A DNA stretch of 64,000 bases, from NCBI GenBank assembly GCA_964344235.1, contig CAYFMJ010000002.1, positions 127,601 through 191,600 on the forward strand. The letters run 5' to 3'. The position numbers and the translations under genes were made by a program. A model generated the notes under the pieces. It had not been told where the DNA came from. It saw only the letters and a list, made by a program, of their open reading frames with translations, and did not search any database. The DNA is from an uncultured Methanosarcinales archaeon (GTDB lineage: Archaea > Nanobdellota > Nanobdellia > Woesearchaeales > GW2011-AR9). Within the stretch, counting starts at the first letter, position 1. The number at the start of each line of letters is the position of its first letter. Positions 43,214 to 52,087 of the stretch are shown here, piece after piece.

Positions 43214-43279
43214 CTGAGAAATGTGAAAGTAGGTGGTATAAAAATCTTTGTTGACACTTGAGAGTTTGGAAAAAAGAAA

Positions 43280-43420
43280 TGCACCGGCCGGGACGTTCGT
43301 CAATTATTTGATTTCGAACCCGGATCACAGGCTCTCGTCTCTCCGAAGAGAATGGAAGGCCCGGATACTTTATGGCGTGCTAAGAAGAATCTTACCACGA
43401 AGCCATTATACTACCGGTGC
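43280..43420 (-). tRNA. tRNA-Gly(UCC) with 3 introns: D-loop 20a/21 (43370-43400), 37/38 (43334-43352), 59/60 (43294-43312)
   Basis: GCACCGG/CCGGUGC-A; BHB central helices AUGG/CCAU, CUUC/GACG (3 of 4 pairs), UUCG/CGAA; mature length 72 nt. Confidence 0.9.
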
Positions 43421-43525
43421 ATATACTCGTGGATTTGTGGGACATTTATAAAATTATCCTCTGTAAAAATGAGAGAAATTATTTCAAACACAAACTTTTT
43501 TAAACAGGATTAGATTCAATATAGC

Positions 43526-44038
43526 ATGCCTAAAGTTGAAAATCAAGAATGTCCTTTCTGTGGAGAGAAGAAGGCAACACTCCAAGAAGAGGATGTAGAA
43601 ATTCCGTATTTTGGAAGGGTCTATGTACTGTCGATGGAATGCTCAGCGTGTGGTACTCGGAAGTCTGATGTTGAACCCGCTGAGAAAAAGGAGCCATGTA
43701 AATATACATTTGAAATAACTTCTGAGGATGATTTGAATGTTAAGATAGTTAAAGGTGGGGAAGCAACAGTTAAAATTCCAAGAGTTATCACTATGGAAGC
43801 TGGACCTGCTTCGAATGGGTATGTAACGAATGTTGAAGGTTTACTTGAAAGAGTAAAGAAGATTGTTCAATCAGCAGCAGAGAGTGAAGATGATCCTGCT
43901 GCGAAGAAGAAGGCAAAGAACTTGATTAAGAAGTTGAATAAAGTGTTAGTGGGCAGAGAGAGTTTGAAGATTACGATTGAAGACCCTAGTGGCCATTCTG
44001 CAATTATCTCTGAGAAAGCAGTTAAGGGGAAGTTATAA
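43526..44038 (+). CDS. ZPR1-type zinc finger protein
   Basis: CPFC...IPYFG...CSACG.RKSDV; NVEGLL; IEDPSGHSAII. Confidence 0.92.
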   Translation: MPKVENQECPFCGEKKATLQEEDVEIPYFGRVYVLSMECSACGTRKSDVEPAEKKEPCKYTFEITSEDDLNVKIVKGGEATVKIPRVITMEAGPASNGYVTNVEGLLERVKKIVQSAAESEDDPAAKKKAKNLIKKLNKVLVGRESLKITIEDPSGHSAIISEKAVKGKL

Positions 44039-44039
44039 T

Positions 44040-44411
44040 TCAATTATTCTTACCAAAGGCTTGGGCAAGATCAATCATGTATTTACCCTCATCCAACTTA
44101 ACAATTAAGGGATCTTTTTTGAATAAATGGACCAAATCAAGTTCAAACTTCCCTGGCTTCAATACACGAATGGACTCAACGTCAAGAACGACTGGTTTAT
44201 TTGGTTCAGATTTAATGTGAAGAATCTCTGCAACATCTTTCTCAATGTGGACTTTATCTTTTTCAGAAAGATTGTTGATAATTTCTTTGCCCTCTTCAAT
44301 ATGTTTCTTTTTGATGTAGAAAAATAATCGAGCACCGCAGCTACAGCCTGCAAGAATTTCTTTCGCACCGTCTTTGTAGAAGGTGTTACAACGAACACAT
44401 TGGTGTGGCAT
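44040..44411 (-). CDS. Zn-ribbon protein (DUF2072, OapC-like)
   Basis: MPHQCVRC...ILAGCSCGARLF; ESIRVLKPGKFELDL. Confidence 0.85.
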   Translation of the reverse strand: MPHQCVRCNTFYKDGAKEILAGCSCGARLFFYIKKKHIEEGKEIINNLSEKDKVHIEKDVAEILHIKSEPNKPVVLDVESIRVLKPGKFELDLVHLFKKDPLIVKLDEGKYMIDLAQAFGKNN

Positions 44412-44825
44412 TTATCGTTTCCGTTTTGTTTTTTTGCGGTAGCGCTTTGTTGATGAAGTCGCTTCCTTGGTGAACAATTCAATTTTGTCGGGGTTTTTCT
44501 CGATCTTCTTGACAACGGACGCTGGGCCGATGATTGTCATACCCTGTCTGTCTCCCAACAAAATATTGGCGAATGTTCCTTTCACTTTTTGACCAAAGGC
44601 TTGCTTTGATTTATCAGGATAGATAACACTTAACTCAATCCCTTTAAACTTAGGGGAAATTTCTTCCATAGTAATTTCGATTAAATCAGCTTCTTCTTGT
44701 TTCTTAAGTCGCCCTTCCATTAACACGATTCGGTTGTCTTTCACAATGTTAAGAAGTTTGTTTACTCTCTTAGCAGAGGATAAACTTTCAATGTCGTGAA
44801 ATGGAATGAATTGAAATGTAACCAT
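44412..44825 (-). CDS. DUF2073 protein (OapB-like)
   Basis: IVLMEGRL..QEEADLIE.TM...F.GIE; GMTIIGPA. Confidence 0.85.
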   Translation of the reverse strand: MVTFQFIPFHDIESLSSAKRVNKLLNIVKDNRIVLMEGRLKKQEEADLIEITMEEISPKFKGIELSVIYPDKSKQAFGQKVKGTFANILLGDRQGMTIIGPASVVKKIEKNPDKIELFTKEATSSTKRYRKKTKRKR

Positions 44826-44872
44826 AGTATGCCTCTTTTGTGTCTCTTAGTAATTTCTTTTCCTTTTTAAAA

Positions 44873-45511
44873 TTATCTTGCTACTTTAAACAGCTGTTCG
44901 TAGAAGTCTTCTAGCTTTTTACCGTACTTTGCGGAGATTCCTACGACTTTATACTGTGGGAATGCAGCTTTAATAACGTCAATATTAGATTTCTTGAGAT
45001 CCATTTTATTTGCTGCGATTAAAACAGGGATGTTTCGTGCTTGTAAGTTACCAATAATTGTAATGTTTACTTGTGAATATGGGTCTTTTGTGGAATCTAA
45101 TACAACCACCACTGCATCCATGTCATCTAACCATTTAATGGAATCAATAACTCCTTTCGTTGCTTCTTTCGCTCGTTTCTTTGCTTCAGTTTTTTTGATA
45201 CCTCGCTTGATGAAATCTTCGTAATCAATTTTGGTCGAGATCCCAGGCGTGTCAACTAAGGAGAATGTTAGCTCTTTACCTTTTTTATTTTTGATAGTGA
45301 CTTGCTCTTTAATGGTGATTTCTCTTGTCTCGTGGGCGATGTGAGAAACAGTGGACATCTCTTCTCCTAACCAATCAACACAGACTTTATTTGCTAGTGT
45401 TGATTTTCCACCATTTGGCGGTCCGTACAGGCCAAGTTTGACATGGCTTTTACTACTAAACGGATTAAATCGAAGTTTTTTGAATAAATTTGTTAAAAAT
45501 GATTTTACCAT
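44873..45511 (-). CDS. Era-like GTP-binding protein (OapA-like)
   Basis: GPPNGGKSTLAN, DTPG, ANKMD; start moved to ATG 45511. Confidence 0.88.
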   Translation of the reverse strand: MVKSFLTNLFKKLRFNPFSSKSHVKLGLYGPPNGGKSTLANKVCVDWLGEEMSTVSHIAHETREITIKEQVTIKNKKGKELTFSLVDTPGISTKIDYEDFIKRGIKKTEAKKRAKEATKGVIDSIKWLDDMDAVVVVLDSTKDPYSQVNITIIGNLQARNIPVLIAANKMDLKKSNIDVIKAAFPQYKVVGISAKYGKKLEDFYEQLFKVAR

Positions 45512-45628
45512 TTCCACCCCTCTTACTGTTTCTGTTGAGAGAAGGTTGTTCTTAAAGTTTTTGGTGGTGGAGAGTATTCGTTTTATATCGCCTAAAATGT
45601 TAAAAGTATATTTATGGTTGTTTTTTGT

Positions 45629-46111
45629 ATGAATCACGTAGATTGTATTGATGCGAGTGTTATTTTGGGTTCAGTCTTTAGAGAAGATGAGAACTGTGAT
45701 AACTTTGTTAATACGATTGGCTACAAGCTGAAGAACAACGGGCTATTAACTATTCATTTGGTTGGTGAAATTTTCACAAGTGTATTTCTAAAAATTGTTC
45801 AATATATAGAAGACCCCTTTGAAAAGAAACAATTCTTACAAGACGTTGTTGATTTTTTTGATAAGACTATTATTAATTTATTCGAGAGACAAAGGCTCAG
45901 TATTGCTAAGGTTAAGGATAGTGACTATCAACATATTATGGCAATAAAAAGCTTAGATTATGCAATTACAGATGATGATGCACTTCATCTTTCTGTCGCA
46001 ATTAACAATAATTGTCAAAGGTTTGTTACCATAGATAAGGTGTTACTCAAAGAGGACTTTAGAAGTAAGATAAAAGCAGAATTTAGGTTAATTATTACAA
46101 AACCTAACTAA
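45629..46111 (+). CDS. PIN-domain protein
   Basis: IDASVI, GE, DDALHLSVA, FVTID acidic quartet. Confidence 0.75.
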   Translation: MNHVDCIDASVILGSVFREDENCDNFVNTIGYKLKNNGLLTIHLVGEIFTSVFLKIVQYIEDPFEKKQFLQDVVDFFDKTIINLFERQRLSIAKVKDSDYQHIMAIKSLDYAITDDDALHLSVAINNNCQRFVTIDKVLLKEDFRSKIKAEFRLIITKPN

Positions 46112-46312
46112 ACTCAATTTTATTCATTAAACCTAACCTTCTGGCTTCTGATCTAAGGTGATCCAATTTTTTCTTAAGTTCGGGGTTTAATTCCCACAGT
46201 GTTTTATCGTTGTCAGGTTTTTTCATAGTGTTTTAGGGATGGCGGGACATTTAAAGTTTTCCACGATATCAGAACAGAATATTTTATAAGGTCGTAATTA
46301 CTTATCAGAACA

Positions 46313-46825
46313 ATGGGAGAAAGACATTTAGTTGTTGACCGTCTAAAGTTTAGTTATGAAGGGTTCTTTAATGCAAGTGAGTTATATAATCTAATCTCTG
46401 GTTTTTTCTATGAAAAAGGGTGGGACTGGTATGAGAAATTAAATGATGAGCAGGTTACACCGAAAGGTAAACAGATTACAATTCATCTTCATCCCTGGAA
46501 GAGTGTGAGTGACTTCTACAAAATTATGATGATTGTCAAAATTCACATGATTGATGTGAGGGATGTTGAAGTGGAGAAGGAAGGGGAACAGTTGCGGCTA
46601 AGTCACGGCGTTATTAGGATGATTATTAACGGGTTTGTGGTGAGTGATAGATCAGGACAGTGGTCAGAGAAACCGTTATGGTGGTTCTTAGGAATTATCT
46701 TTGAAAGGTTTTTATTCAAACGGCATTTGAACAGAATGAAAACGTGGATTGCTGGTGATGTTGATGAATTGTATAATAAAGTTAAGAGTTATTTGAATGT
46801 TGTAAAATATAGTTATCATACATAA
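46313..46825 (+). CDS. Conserved hypothetical protein, paralog 1 of a tandem pair
   Basis: Similar along its length to 46825-47409. Confidence 0.75.
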   Translation: MGERHLVVDRLKFSYEGFFNASELYNLISGFFYEKGWDWYEKLNDEQVTPKGKQITIHLHPWKSVSDFYKIMMIVKIHMIDVRDVEVEKEGEQLRLSHGVIRMIINGFVVSDRSGQWSEKPLWWFLGIIFERFLFKRHLNRMKTWIAGDVDELYNKVKSYLNVVKYSYHT

Positions 46826-47409
46826 TGAAGGCGTACTTTGAAAAGAATCTGATCGTGAATAATCGTGAATTGAGATATAAAGGTATTTTTAGAACTGATG
46901 AATTGATTTCTACAATTAACAAAGAGTTAGGGAAGTTAGGGTACACAAAACGGGAGAAGATGTCTGAAGAAATTGTAACTGAGGAAGGAAAGAAAACGTA
47001 TATTGATTTACGGCCATTTAAAATTAAAACGAATTATGTGCAATTGATGATCAAAGTAAAAATTACGCTAGATCATGTAACAGATGTAACTGAGGAAGTG
47101 GAAGGAGTGAAGAAAAATTTTGAGCGAGGGGATGTGTTAGTTACATTTGATGCATGGATTTTATCTGATTATGATCATCGTTGGGGTATGAAACCGTTTG
47201 TCTATTTTGTGAAAGGTGTGATTAACAAGTATTTCTATAAAATGCCGTTAGAAGGAAGCTTTCCGGGAGAAGTAGCAGGTGATACGGCTGCGTTATATAG
47301 TGCGTTGCGGAAGTTGTTGAATTCGTATAAGCATAGGAGTGGGAAAGTTGTTAAGGAAGAAGATGTGATGAAAGAAGTAGAGAAAGAGATTAGAGTAAAA
47401 GAAGAATAG
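46825..47409 (+). CDS. Conserved hypothetical protein, paralog 2 of a tandem pair
   Basis: TAATG-coupled to paralog 1; shared Y.G.F...EL, E.EG, G.......D...W..KP...F pattern. Confidence 0.75.
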   Translation: MKAYFEKNLIVNNRELRYKGIFRTDELISTINKELGKLGYTKREKMSEEIVTEEGKKTYIDLRPFKIKTNYVQLMIKVKITLDHVTDVTEEVEGVKKNFERGDVLVTFDAWILSDYDHRWGMKPFVYFVKGVINKYFYKMPLEGSFPGEVAGDTAALYSALRKLLNSYKHRSGKVVKEEDVMKEVEKEIRVKEE

Positions 47410-47410
47410 A

Positions 47411-48226
47411 TTATCCTTTAGGTTTTTTCTTGAAGTGGCTTTTATGTTCTGCGACGTAATCGCCCGTTAACTCTCCTCCCAAGCCGGCAATGTAATGGGC
47501 AACAGCTTCGTGTTGTTTCGTTGTTTTCCTCAATTCAACCCCCTGCTTTTTAGCGTAGCCGTTTACTGCTTTTTGTACCGCCTCAAAATGGTCACGGTCT
47601 ATTGAAAGGGTTTTTCTTGCGTGCTCAAGCTCTACAAGATCATCAATGTGAACCATCTTTTGTTTAAGAACATCGAATTCTTTCATATCATGGAACTTTC
47701 CATCTCGCCGTACTATTGCGTCTCGTAATGAGTAGAAATCAACTCCTGTGCCAGCCATCTTGCCGTCGATGTATGCAATAAGTTTGTGTGGATCAGATTT
47801 GTACAGTTTAACTCCAGCATCACCGTGCTCCTGTCTTACTCCTTCCAATGCTACTTTGTATAATAACTCCGTTGCTTCTTCTTTGCCTTTTAATTTGTGG
47901 GATTTTGGTTTCCCCTTGTGTTTCTTATGCTCGCCTCTCTTGTCTAATAAGTACTTGTTTTGAACATCCTCTACTGCTCTTAGGCCAGCTACTCTGTCTG
48001 CTTCAATTGAATCCCTTTTCTTACGGCCATCATCAGAATCTTCGTGGTGGCTTTTGAGAATACCAAGAAGATCGTCAGACTTCATAATAGAATATTTGTC
48101 GACGAATGGTTTCGCCTCTTTTTTCTTACTGCTAGAGGTTTGAAACAGAAACGGTAAGACCAGGAGAACCGGAATAAAGAAGAGCCTCTCTTTAAGCTTA
48201 CAGATGACTTGAAATCCTCTTTTCAT
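47411..48226 (-). CDS. Hypothetical protein (start uncertain, possibly 48085)
   Basis: His/Lys-rich helical ORF. Confidence 0.55.
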   Translation of the reverse strand: MKRGFQVICKLKERLFFIPVLLVLPFLFQTSSSKKKEAKPFVDKYSIMKSDDLLGILKSHHEDSDDGRKKRDSIEADRVAGLRAVEDVQNKYLLDKRGEHKKHKGKPKSHKLKGKEEATELLYKVALEGVRQEHGDAGVKLYKSDPHKLIAYIDGKMAGTGVDFYSLRDAIVRRDGKFHDMKEFDVLKQKMVHIDDLVELEHARKTLSIDRDHFEAVQKAVNGYAKKQGVELRKTTKQHEAVAHYIAGLGGELTGDYVAEHKSHFKKKPKG

Positions 48227-48382
48227 GCATCTTGATAAACAGATAGAGTTTTTATACTTTTCGACAGAATGTTTACTCTCAGAATTTGATCAAAACGTCC
48301 CACTCGGGACCTAAACCATTATATTTATATAAACCATATACTGTTTCACTAGATACAAACGTCTCACACGGAGGGTCAATAT

Positions 48383-50266
48383 ATGGCAAAAAAATCAACG
48401 AAATCTAAATCATTAAAACCAAAAACTATCAAAAAAGCGGGAGACAAAAAAGGAGAACTACCAGTTCCAACAACTCCTAAATTACCACCGGAATTGGAGA
48501 AAAAGATGAAAGCGTTGAAGAAAACGCTTGATGAGTTTAAAGATAAAGTTTTAGACAAATTTGGTGACTACATTGTTGGAATGACCTTACTTCCTCCGGA
48601 AAAACCAAAACCAGGGGAGAAAGTTGATGAGAAGCAGCAGAAAGAGAAAGAAAAGAAAATTGAAGTTCTTGTTGTTGTTGATGATACGACTTCTAAAAAG
48701 ATGACGAAAGATGAACTTCATGCGAAGTTCTCTGGTATTGTGAAGAAAATTGGTGAAGAAGTTGATAAGAATTTAGCCCCACAAAGTATTCTCTTGACAG
48801 ATATTTGGCAAAATTCCTACGATGGGAAGTATGACTTGAATAGATTGATTTCTATGGGAGCACCGATTCATGATACGGGAATGTTGGCTGCAATTAAGAT
48901 AGCTGAGATTCACAAAAGTATGGTTATCAAGAAATTTGAGAAGTATATCTTGAGTTACGTTCTTGCTGGTTCATTAACACAGGGAAGAGCAACTGCTACG
49001 TCAGATATTGATGTGTGGATTGTGATTGATGATACTGATGTGAAGAAAATGAGCCGAGCGGAGTTGAAAGATAAACTTCGAGCGATCATTATTGGCATGG
49101 GTGCAGAAGCAGGAGAGCTTACAGGAATTAGAAATAAGTTGAACATTCAGGTGTATATCTTAACAGACTTCTGGGATTCGTTGAAAGAAGCAAACCCAAT
49201 CATCTTTACACTGTTACGGGATGGTGTACCGTTCTATGACCGTGGTATCTTTATGCCATGGAAACAGTTGCTGCGAATGGGAAGAATCAAACCGAGTAGA
49301 GAAGCAATTGATCTGTTCATGAATACGGGGCGGCAAAGTATTAAGCGTGTCAAGAAGACGTTACAGACAATGGGAATGGAAGATACGTATTACGCTATAT
49401 TAACTCCGTCACAGGCAGCGATCATGTTGTATGGTTTACCTCCACCAACACCGCGGGAAACACCCGATGTGTTGGAAGAAATTTTTGTGAAGAAAGAAAA
49501 AATGTTAGAAGCGGAATATGTAAAGATTCTGCGAGATAATGTTGATTTACGAAAACAGATTGAGCACGGTACAAAGAAAGATCTTACAGGCACGGAGTTA
49601 GATAAGTACGTAAAGAATGCTGAGAAGTATCTGAAGAGAATTGAGAAGCTATTCACACAGATTGAAGCTCGGTACGATGAACGAAGTATTTTGTACTTGT
49701 ATGATGAAATCGTTACCATCATCCGAGATGTGTTGAAGTTAGAGGGAATTGACAAAGCACAGGACGAAGAAATTATCAAATTGTTTGAAGATGAATTGAT
49801 TAGCACTGGAAAAGTTCCAGCCCGCTATCTGCGAGATTTGAATGAAGTTGTGGAAGCGAAGCGGAAGCATGATAAGAAAAAGTTAGGTAAGAACGATATT
49901 GAGAAAGCTCGTAAAGGAAGTTCTGGCTTGATTAAGTTCTTAGTAGAGTACATGCAACGTAAGCGTGGTCGAGAAATGGAACGCGCGAAGATCCGAATTA
50001 AACACGGTGATAAGTACGGTGAAGTAATTCTCTTGGATAATGTTGCGTTCATTATTCCGGACATTGATGCCAAAGAACAAGTCATTGAGAAAGCGAAGAT
50101 TAACGCTGATGGTTCTTTAGGTGCAGCAGTTGTTTCTTCAATTGAAGAGTTTGAGAAACATTTAGCTGCAGCGAAGTTTCCAAAACGAGTGTTCATTAAA
50201 GAGCCTATCTTTGAAGACTTGAAGGGAATGTTCGGAAAGGATGTAGAAGTGTTACTGCATTATTGA
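48383..50266 (+). CDS. Nucleotidyltransferase-HEPN multidomain protein
   Basis: Degenerate first NT domain; second has GS...SDIDVWIVIDD; helical domain with RKQIEH (Rx4H). Confidence 0.78.
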   Translation: MAKKSTKSKSLKPKTIKKAGDKKGELPVPTTPKLPPELEKKMKALKKTLDEFKDKVLDKFGDYIVGMTLLPPEKPKPGEKVDEKQQKEKEKKIEVLVVVDDTTSKKMTKDELHAKFSGIVKKIGEEVDKNLAPQSILLTDIWQNSYDGKYDLNRLISMGAPIHDTGMLAAIKIAEIHKSMVIKKFEKYILSYVLAGSLTQGRATATSDIDVWIVIDDTDVKKMSRAELKDKLRAIIIGMGAEAGELTGIRNKLNIQVYILTDFWDSLKEANPIIFTLLRDGVPFYDRGIFMPWKQLLRMGRIKPSREAIDLFMNTGRQSIKRVKKTLQTMGMEDTYYAILTPSQAAIMLYGLPPPTPRETPDVLEEIFVKKEKMLEAEYVKILRDNVDLRKQIEHGTKKDLTGTELDKYVKNAEKYLKRIEKLFTQIEARYDERSILYLYDEIVTIIRDVLKLEGIDKAQDEEIIKLFEDELISTGKVPARYLRDLNEVVEAKRKHDKKKLGKNDIEKARKGSSGLIKFLVEYMQRKRGREMERAKIRIKHGDKYGEVILLDNVAFIIPDIDAKEQVIEKAKINADGSLGAAVVSSIEEFEKHLAAAKFPKRVFIKEPIFEDLKGMFGKDVEVLLHY

Positions 50267-50668
50267 TTTTTTTAAGTCTTTATTTTCTTTTTCTATTAAT
50301 TTATTTCTTTCCACTACAAGAAGTGCTGTTGCAAAGCCGGCGACCGCAAAAATAGCTTGTTCCCATTGGTAATACCCTCGATTGAGAGCCTGCCAGCCTT
50401 CCCAAATAGCGCTATCAATAAGCGTTTGAGCTCCACCGAGATATACATGGCGTTTGTCTGGATACTCTGGTGTTGGCCGTAAGAGATCTATACCTCTGCC
50501 AACAAATGTAACAGCAGCAGGGGCTATGAAATGTTCCAAGTTGCGAGGTAGTTGATCATCTTGGGCCAGCTCAGTGATATGGGCATCTAAACCGCCAAAG
50601 TATGACGCAATGCAATAGCCAAGTCCAACAGCACCTGCAGCGAGGTATCGAATTCCTGATCTGCTCAT
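50252..50668 (-). CDS. Hypothetical membrane protein
   Basis: Several hydrophobic segments. Confidence 0.55.
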   Translation of the reverse strand: MSRSGIRYLAAGAVGLGYCIASYFGGLDAHITELAQDDQLPRNLEHFIAPAAVTFVGRGIDLLRPTPEYPDKRHVYLGGAQTLIDSAIWEGWQALNRGYYQWEQAIFAVAGFATALLVVERNKLIEKENKDLKKSIMQ

Positions 50669-50834
50669 TTTTGTCTTCGTTTCTTATTTTTGTTTGTTTT
50701 TTTGGTTGATTGTCTTTAAGGGCGGAATATGAAGTTTCTTAAAGTTTTAGGCGATATTTCTTTGGTTTTTTATAAGTGTTCTTGAAAGTATGTTTAAAAA
50801 GAAGTTTGATTGCTAAGATAGTACGAAAAACCCT

Positions 50835-50877
50835 GGCAGCGGTGGGTTTGAGTCACCTTCCTTTTCCCATCACTGTC
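50835..50877 (+). promoter_or_regulatory. 12-bp leader hairpin upstream of 50903
   Basis: GGCAGCGGUGGG / CCCAUCACUGUC with G-U pairs and one mismatch. Confidence 0.4.
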
Positions 50878-50902
50878 ACCTTATACTTACGGAGGAAACA
50901 AA

Positions 50903-51817
50903 ATGAAAAACATACCAAAAAAGATCTTTGCAGTGTTTGTGTTAGCTATCTTTATGTTGAGTATAGCACCATTAGCATTAGCAGAGGAAGATGTAGATAA
51001 GAGTGAAAGAGAGCTGCGGGCTGATCGTGTTGACTTTGGCAAGATGAAAGATCGACTGCAAAGAGCACATGAGAAGTTTAACATTGCAAAAGAGAAACAC
51101 TTAGAAGCGCGTGAGCGATTTGCAGCACATAAAGAAAAAGTAACTGAGTTAGCGCAAAGAATTAGAGACTGTAAAGCGGATGATGATTGTGAAATCACAG
51201 ATGAAGAGAAATTTACATCTGCACGAGAGCATTTCATAAACATCATTGATGTACTTGATAGAAATTTAGAGAAGTTTGCATCACGAGTTGCTGAGAGTGA
51301 GAAGCTGTCTGAAGAGCGCCAGGAAAGCCTGTTAGCTGAGATTGAAAGTTTGCAAGATTCATTAGCTGAGCAGAAAGAAGTTGTTGAAAGTGCAGAAACA
51401 CTTGAAGATTTAACAGGTATCCGGGCTGCATTGAAAGACATTCAGAAAGAGAAGAACTTACTAGCACGACACCTAACGAGCATGTTTACGACACATAAAG
51501 TTGGGAAAGTGGGTGTAAGTTTAGAAAAGATTGCTGACAGTATGCAGAAGCGAATTGATGTGAAAGCAGAAGAAGGTTTTGATGTTGCAGAGTTAGAAGC
51601 GCTACATGCAGAACTTTTAGAGATTAAAGTACACGTTGATGCAGCCGCTGAATTATCTGCAGAGAAACTTGCTGAAGCTCAGGATGCTGAGAATCGAGAA
51701 GAGTACAAAGAGATCTACAGCGAAGTGCGTGAGATTCGAGCAGATGCACAGAAATCATTGAAAGAAGCGAAGGCAGTGATCCGTGAGTTTGTGGCAGCGT
51801 TTAAGGAATTGCAGTAA
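50903..51817 (+). CDS. Secreted coiled-coil protein
   Basis: Signal peptide (ALA-E), then an all-helical charged region; GGAGG Shine-Dalgarno. Confidence 0.75.
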   Translation: MKNIPKKIFAVFVLAIFMLSIAPLALAEEDVDKSERELRADRVDFGKMKDRLQRAHEKFNIAKEKHLEARERFAAHKEKVTELAQRIRDCKADDDCEITDEEKFTSAREHFINIIDVLDRNLEKFASRVAESEKLSEERQESLLAEIESLQDSLAEQKEVVESAETLEDLTGIRAALKDIQKEKNLLARHLTSMFTTHKVGKVGVSLEKIADSMQKRIDVKAEEGFDVAELEALHAELLEIKVHVDAAAELSAEKLAEAQDAENREEYKEIYSEVREIRADAQKSLKEAKAVIREFVAAFKELQ

Positions 51818-51862
51818 ACGGAGATTTTTTAAACTTTTTTTCTTTTCTTTTAATTGAAATAG

Positions 51863-52069
51863 GTGATGATGATGAAAAAAGTAATTTTGATGTTGATGAT
51901 TGTGGGTTTGATGCTTTTAGTATCGTGTCAAGTTGTTGAGGAGACTTCCGGTTCTGGAAGTTTAGATGAAGCGGAACTTGATGATGATTTAGAAGACTTT
52001 TCTGATTTAGAGGAGTTTGAGGAAGAAGAACTTGATTTTGACGATTTAGATGTGTTAGGTGTGGAGTAA
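51863..52069 (+). CDS. Small acidic lipoprotein
   Basis: LLVSC lipobox; Asp/Glu-rich tail; AGGTGA Shine-Dalgarno. Confidence 0.6.
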   Translation: MMMMKKVILMLMIVGLMLLVSCQVVEETSGSGSLDEAELDDDLEDFSDLEEFEEEELDFDDLDVLGVE

Positions 52070-52087
52070 TAAAAAAGAAAAAGTTTA

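Noticed and set aside
43106-43451. ORFs 43106-43303 and 43248-43451
   Set aside because: They overlap the ncRNA copy A and tRNA-Gly(UCC) and have no protein motifs.
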